10,698 nucleotides of DNA, from the NCBI GenBank assembly GCA_023428035.1, contig JAEYZO010000532.1, forward strand, positions 1-10,698, read 5' to 3'. Under the pieces are notes generated by a model. It saw nothing but the letters and a program-made list of their open reading frames with translations, made no database searches and was not told where the DNA came from. This document shows positions 6,965 through 10,698 of this stretch, piece by piece. Numbering within the stretch: position 1 is the first letter of the stretch; the number at the start of each line of letters is the position of its first letter. The position numbers and the translations under genes were made by a program. The stretch comes from Pseudomonadota bacterium (GTDB lineage: Bacteria > Myxococcota_A > Polyangia > Polyangiales > Ga0077539).

Positions 6965-8658
6965 TCGTGTCGACGCAACTCCCGCTCGACCTGCCGGCCT
7001 CGTTCTCTGACGACGCGTACGCGTACGGCGCCCGCGCGAGCGGCGAAGCTCACGGCGTGGTTCTCACCCGGCGTCACGTCGCCGAGTTCATGCTCGACCT
7101 CGCGGGCTACTCCGCGGACCGAGACCTGACCACGCTCAGGCTTCTGGAGCCGGCGTGCGGGGTCGGCGCGTTCCTGGTTCCCGCCGTCGAGAGGCTGCTC
7201 GCTTCCGCGAAGCGAGCCAGCCGCGACGTCGCTTCGCTCCACGGGGCGATACGCGCCTTCGACATCGACGACGCACACGTCGTCGCCTCTCGCGAGGCCG
7301 TACGCGCGACGCTCAAGGCGCACGGAGTATCCGAAGGCGTCGCTCACGACCTCGCGAGCCGGTGGGTGACGCGGGGTGATTTTCTCCTCGCCCCGATGTC
7401 GTCAGACATCGACGTGGTCATCGGGAACCCCCCCTACGTACGCATCGAGCAGGTCGCGCCTCTCCTACAAGCCGAGTACCGCCGCCGCTACTCCACGCTG
7501 TTCGACCGCGCCGACCTGTACGTCGCGTTCATCGAGCGGAGCCTGACGCTGCTCGGGCCGGGAGGGGTGCTCTGCTTCGTCTGCGCGGACCGCTGGGTGC
7601 TGAATCGATACGGCGCGCCGCTCAGGGCGATGATCAACGCCAGCTTTCGAGTCAACTGGTACATCGACCTGCACTCCGCGTCGCCGTTCGAGTCGGAAGT
7701 GATCGCGTACCCCTCGATCTTCTCGCTGAGCCCAGGGCGCGGAGGCCCCGTCCTCGTCGGGAGGATGCGATCGGCGTCCCCCGAGGAGTGCGACGAGTTC
7801 AGGGCAGCGTGGCGCGCCGAGGGCGCGTCAACCGTCGACGTCGAGAGTTACCACTCCTGGTTCGAGGGCGACGCGCCGTGGGTGCTCAGCTCCTCGGAGC
7901 ACCTCGCGGTGCTTCGACACCTTGAGAGTTCGAACCATCCCCTGGAGGCTGACGGGCAGACGCGCGTCGGCATCGGAGTCGCCACCGGCTGCGACGAGGT
8001 GTTCGTCGTCGGTGAGTCCACCGACATCGAGCCTGATCGCCTTGTGCCGTTGGCGATGCGCGCCGACATCCACGAAGGGCGCGTTCATGACTCTGGCCGC
8101 CGGGTGATCAACACGTTCAGCGACGAAGGGGGAGTCGTCGACCTCGCGAAGTACCCAAGGCTCGCGCGTCACCTTCGAGCCCACGGCGCGAAGGTGCGCC
8201 AGCGTCACGTCGCGCGACGAAATCCGGCCGCGTGGTATCGCACGATCGACCGTGTGTACCCTGCTCTCGTAGCGACGCCGAAGCTGCTGATCCCCGACAT
8301 CGCCGGATCGAACGAGGTGGCCTACGACCCAGGGCGCTTTCACCCGCACCACAATCTCTACTTCGTGACCTCGACCGCCTGGGACCTGGAGGTGCTCGGC
8401 GCGCTCCTAAGCTCTCGCGTCGCTCTGTTCTTCGTGTGGTCCTACGCGGTCAAGATGCGTGGCGGCTACCTGCGCTTCCAAGCCCAGTACCTCCGGCGTA
8501 TCCATGTCCCGCGCCCCTCCTGTATCCCCGTGGAGGTCAACGACGGCCTGCGCGACGCGTTCCGTCGCAGGGACTTCAGGGCCATCGACGCCCTCGCCCT
8601 CCGCGCCTTCAACCTGCCGAGTCTGCCGGACTTCGACTTCGTCGATACGCGTCGGTAA
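6961..8658 (+). CDS. Gamma-class N6-adenine DNA methyltransferase (TaqI/Eco57I-like family) of the R-M pair, 565 aa
   Basis: GTG start at 6961 overlaps the endonuclease stop codon (6962-6964). Motif X-like GVVLTRRHVAEFMLDL. Motif I, the AdoMet-binding FxGxG: LLEPACGVGAFLV. Motif IV NPPY: VVIGNPPYVRIEQ. The order X, I, IV defines the gamma class. The C-terminus GGYLRFQAQYLRRIHVPRPS resembles the conserved tail of TaqI-like target-recognition domains. Confidence 0.85.
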   Translation: MIVSTQLPLDLPASFSDDAYAYGARASGEAHGVVLTRRHVAEFMLDLAGYSADRDLTTLRLLEPACGVGAFLVPAVERLLASAKRASRDVASLHGAIRAFDIDDAHVVASREAVRATLKAHGVSEGVAHDLASRWVTRGDFLLAPMSSDIDVVIGNPPYVRIEQVAPLLQAEYRRRYSTLFDRADLYVAFIERSLTLLGPGGVLCFVCADRWVLNRYGAPLRAMINASFRVNWYIDLHSASPFESEVIAYPSIFSLSPGRGGPVLVGRMRSASPEECDEFRAAWRAEGASTVDVESYHSWFEGDAPWVLSSSEHLAVLRHLESSNHPLEADGQTRVGIGVATGCDEVFVVGESTDIEPDRLVPLAMRADIHEGRVHDSGRRVINTFSDEGGVVDLAKYPRLARHLRAHGAKVRQRHVARRNPAAWYRTIDRVYPALVATPKLLIPDIAGSNEVAYDPGRFHPHHNLYFVTSTAWDLEVLGALLSSRVALFFVWSYAVKMRGGYLRFQAQYLRRIHVPRPSCIPVEVNDGLRDAFRRRDFRAIDALALRAFNLPSLPDFDFVDTRR

Positions 8659-8663
8659 CGCTG

Positions 8664-8783
8664 ATGCCAGACGTATCGGTCCACGGGGGCTGCGACGCGC
8701 GCCCGAGGGGGACGCGCGGCGGGGCGTGGGTGGTGGGTTTGCTGCGGGCGGCGGGGGGGGCGCGGCGACGGCGACGTCGGTAG
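8664..8783 (+). pseudogene. Orphan 39-codon MYXO-CTERM tail remnant (MPDVSVHGGCDARPRGTRGGAWVVGLLRAAGGARRRRRR*), the right-hand duplicate of the lysozyme 3' end
   Basis: In frame from a fortuitous ATG at 8664 to TAG 8781-8783. It is 93% identical in nucleotides to 6038-6157. An Arg substitution weakens the hydrophobic helix (LLAAVG to LRAAGG). No upstream protein body. Confidence 0.5.
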
Positions 8784-8786
8784 GCG
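8667..8786 (+). repeat. Right copy (DR2) of the 120-bp direct repeat
   Basis: See DR1. The 8 mismatches are clustered at the 5' end and in the Gly-rich/hydrophobic region. Confidence 0.85.
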
Positions 8787-9884
8787 CTACTGGATCGACT
8801 GCTGCTTGGCCTGCTCGATCATCTCGTACTCGCGCTCGAAGAGGACGCGCTGGTCGGTGACGATCTGCAGGTTGCGGGTGTTCTGCTCGGTGGGCTCGGC
8901 CCGGCCGAGGTCGCGCATCTGCCGACCGATCTCGGCGAGGGCGTCGCAGATGTTGGTGAGCGTCTCGAGGCTGCGGGTCTTGCGGTCCTGCCCCGCGAAG
9001 TTCTTGCGGTACTCCTCGAAGACCTCGTTGGCCGCGCCGCCGAGCATCCCCTGGAGGTCCGCGAAGCGCGTGCCCTCCCTCGCCTTGCGGATCTCCTCGA
9101 GCTCGGTCTTGTAGGTGCCGAGGCTCTGCGTCACGACCTCGATGTTCTGCAGGTGCCACTCGTCGCGCAGGCCGCCCTCGCGCAGCGCGATCATCCGCTC
9201 GAGCACCTGCTCCAGGCTGTCGACCATGCGCTGGATGAGCCCGGGCCGCCGCGTCTGCCGGGCCTTGCCCGCGAACTGCGCCTCGTAGATCTTGAACTGG
9301 CCGTTGGCGACCTCGCCCAGGGTGCCGGCCCGCTCCTGCGCGGTGCCCATCGCGCGCGCCTCGATGATCTCGCCGCGCTCGGCCCGGTACATCTTCAGGT
9401 TCTCGCGCACCACGTCGAGGTCCTGCTGGGCGCCCACGTCCGAGGGGAGGCCCGGGGCGAGCTCGGCCATCGCCTCCTCGATCGACTCCAGGTCGTCGAT
9501 CATCTCCGCGAGGAGCCCGAGGTCGCGGGTGTTGCGCGCCTGCCCCGCGAAGTGCCGGTGGTACTTCGCGAAGGTGAGGTTCGCCTCGGTGCGCAGCGCC
9601 GAGAAGTCCTCGAAGTCCGCGCCCAGGCCCTTGGCCTGCTGGATCGCCTGGCGCTCGGTCTGGTAGAGCCCGACGGCCTCGCGGGCCGTCTTCTCGGTCT
9701 CCTCGCGGTCCTTCGAGCGGGGGAGCTTCTCGAGGTCGCCCAGCGCCGCCCGGGCGCGCTTGATGAGGTCGTCGAGGTCGGAGACGTCCCGCGTCACGCG
9801 GGAGTGACCCGCGAAGCGGGCGTCGTAGGCCTGGGAGAGCTGGTCGAGCTCCAGCTTGATCTGCGCGAGCGTTCGGTTCGCCAT
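8787..9884 (-). CDS. Hypothetical alpha-helical protein of 365 aa built from four roughly 90-aa tandem repeats. No signal peptide, so probably cytoplasmic.
   Basis: Repeat cores: YDARFAGHSRVTRDVSDLDDLIK, YHRHFAGQARNTRDLGLLAEMIDDLES, YEAQFAGKARQTRRPGLIQRMVDSLEQ, YRKNFAGQDRKTRSLETLTNICDALAE. Each is followed by ...N.Q.V...L..Y..E.EEI..A. ATG at 9882-9884 on the minus strand. It starts 13 bp after the PlsC stop codon, so it is probably co-transcribed. Confidence 0.6.
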   Translation of the reverse strand: MANRTLAQIKLELDQLSQAYDARFAGHSRVTRDVSDLDDLIKRARAALGDLEKLPRSKDREETEKTAREAVGLYQTERQAIQQAKGLGADFEDFSALRTEANLTFAKYHRHFAGQARNTRDLGLLAEMIDDLESIEEAMAELAPGLPSDVGAQQDLDVVRENLKMYRAERGEIIEARAMGTAQERAGTLGEVANGQFKIYEAQFAGKARQTRRPGLIQRMVDSLEQVLERMIALREGGLRDEWHLQNIEVVTQSLGTYKTELEEIRKAREGTRFADLQGMLGGAANEVFEEYRKNFAGQDRKTRSLETLTNICDALAEIGRQMRDLGRAEPTEQNTRNLQIVTDQRVLFEREYEMIEQAKQQSIQ

Positions 9885-9897
9885 AGGGGCGCGGAAG

Positions 9898-10566
9898 CTA
9901 CCGCCAACCCATCCCGTGGAGCAAACCCCTCAAGCGCCCGCGCACCCCCCGGCCGAAGCTCCTCGGCCGCTCCGGGGTCTCTCCCGCGGGGCGGAACGCG
10001 ATGTTGTTGAACGCGTCGGGGATGCACGCCGTGATGCGCGCGTAGAACTCCCTGATCCGCGCGGCGTCGGCCTCGATGTCGCCCGTCGGCTTGATGAGCG
10101 GCCCCACGCCCCCTCGCTTGCGGCGGTAGTCCAGGTAGCCCAGCGCGATCGGCACGTCGGCGGTCTTCGCGATCCAGTAGAAGCCCGACTTCCAGTACTG
10201 CCGCTTCGAGCGCGTGCCCTCCGGCGCGATGACCAGGATCACCCGCTCCTTCGAGCGGATGTAGTCGGCCATCTGCTGCACCTGGTCCTTCGACTGCCGA
10301 CGGTCGACGGGCACGCCCCCGAGCCGTCGGTAGAAGGGCCCGAGCGGGCCCTCGAAGAGCGTGTGCTTGCCGATCCACACGATCTCGAGGCCCGTGACCC
10401 AGCCCACGCCCAGCGTGATCGGCAGGTCCCAGTTCGACGTGTGCGGCGCCGCGATCAGCACGTAGCGCGGCGCGTCGGGGAGCACCCCCTCCTCGCGCCA
10501 CCCCAGCGCCGAGAGCACCACGCGACCGATCCAGTACTGCACCCGCGACGGCTTGATGGGATCCAT
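9898..10566 (-). CDS. plsC: 1-acyl-sn-glycerol-3-phosphate acyltransferase (PlsC / LPLAT family)
   Basis: HX4D catalytic motif AAPHTSNWD. Motif III VIAPEGTRS. FYWIAKTADVPIALGYLDY matches the acyltransferase fold. First ATG (MDPIKPS...) at 10564-10566. The six-frame ORF extends to TTG 10608. Confidence 0.75.
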   Translation of the reverse strand: MDPIKPSRVQYWIGRVVLSALGWREEGVLPDAPRYVLIAAPHTSNWDLPITLGVGWVTGLEIVWIGKHTLFEGPLGPFYRRLGGVPVDRRQSKDQVQQMADYIRSKERVILVIAPEGTRSKRQYWKSGFYWIAKTADVPIALGYLDYRRKRGGVGPLIKPTGDIEADAARIREFYARITACIPDAFNNIAFRPAGETPERPRSFGRGVRGRLRGLLHGMGWR

Positions 10567-10661
10567 GACGTCGCCGATGTCGGTATCGTGATCGGCCCTC
10601 CAGCGCAACGACCCCGCAGCCCTTCGCGGCGCCCCTGGTTCGCTGTACGGTCCCGCGCCCC

Positions 10662-10698
10662 ATGCGCTCCGTCGTCGCCCTCGTCGCCCTCATCGCCC
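10662..10698 (+). CDS. 5' fragment of a gene encoding a signal-peptide-like N-terminus (MRSVVALVALIA...), truncated by the window edge
   Basis: ATG at 10662 in the divergent region upstream of plsC, followed by a hydrophobic run. Only 12 codons are visible. Confidence 0.3.
   Translation, partial: MRSVVALVALIA

Larger units (their letters stand above)
6158..8666 (+). mobile_element. Inserted roughly 2.5-kb Type II restriction-modification cassette (R then M) bracketed by the 120-bp direct repeats. It carries no integrase or transposase.
   Basis: Exactly two genes sit between DR1 and DR2. The endonuclease gene is about 57% GC against about 72% for its flanks, counted over 6361-6480. The methyltransferase stop codon lies 8 bp before DR2. 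Pre-insertion, the lysozyme (plus) and the 365-aa repeat-protein gene (minus) would be convergent with stop codons about 4 bp apart. Confidence 0.55.

Noticed and set aside
8232-8663. 183-aa plus-strand ORF 8232..8783 suggesting a larger protein ending in the MYXO-CTERM tail
   Set aside because: Its first roughly 145 codons are an out-of-frame overlap of the methyltransferase 3' end. Only the final 39 codons (8664-8783) correspond to real coding sequence, the duplicated tail.
8407-10010. ORFs 8407..9159 (minus), 8459..8860 (plus), 9153..10010 (plus) and 9794..10693 (minus)
   Set aside because: Alternate-frame or antisense overlaps of the methyltransferase, the repeat-protein gene and plsC. 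Low-complexity products.
1-10698. Recognition-site avoidance as a clue to R-M specificity (for example CTCGAG)
   Set aside because: CTCGAG occurs several times in the window, near 1041, 1826, 3039, 6295 and 6815. A 10-kb window is far too small for site-avoidance statistics, so no specificity is claimed.

Overview
The window is about 70% GC. The MYXO-CTERM sorting tails and codon usage point to Myxococcota. I call nine protein genes and one gene fragment. Gene content, left to right: (1) a complete 818-aa major vault protein (MVP) homolog on the minus strand, with vault repeats, a band-7-like shoulder and a coiled-coil cap-helix. (2) A divergent DedA/TVP38 membrane protein. (3) A convergent intergenic region with a 38%-GC island followed by a tandem array of about 9 short C-run/G-run hairpin units. 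(4) A GFA/CENP-V-type Cys-rich protein on the minus strand. (5) A lipoprotein GH25 lysozyme with an Asp-rich decapeptide linker and a MYXO-CTERM tail. (6) A two-gene Type II restriction-modification cassette at 6158-8666. It comprises a PD-(D/E)xK restriction endonuclease (about 57% GC, clearly foreign) whose stop overlaps by 4 nt the start of a gamma-class N6-adenine methyltransferase (NPPY, TaqI/Eco57I-like). Imperfect 120-bp direct repeats, 93% identical, bracket the cassette. They are the MYXO-CTERM coding tail of the lysozyme and an orphan copy of that tail. This is the signature of R-M insertion with long target duplication, or of recombination between MYXO-CTERM tails. (7) A minus-strand operon: a PlsC-type acyltransferase and a 365-aa protein built from four roughly 90-aa tandem repeats. 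The main things worth a second look are the bacterial vault protein, the R-M cassette inside a duplicated sorting-signal tail, the hairpin array, and the uncharacterised four-repeat protein. All family assignments rest on motifs I recognise by eye. No database search was run.
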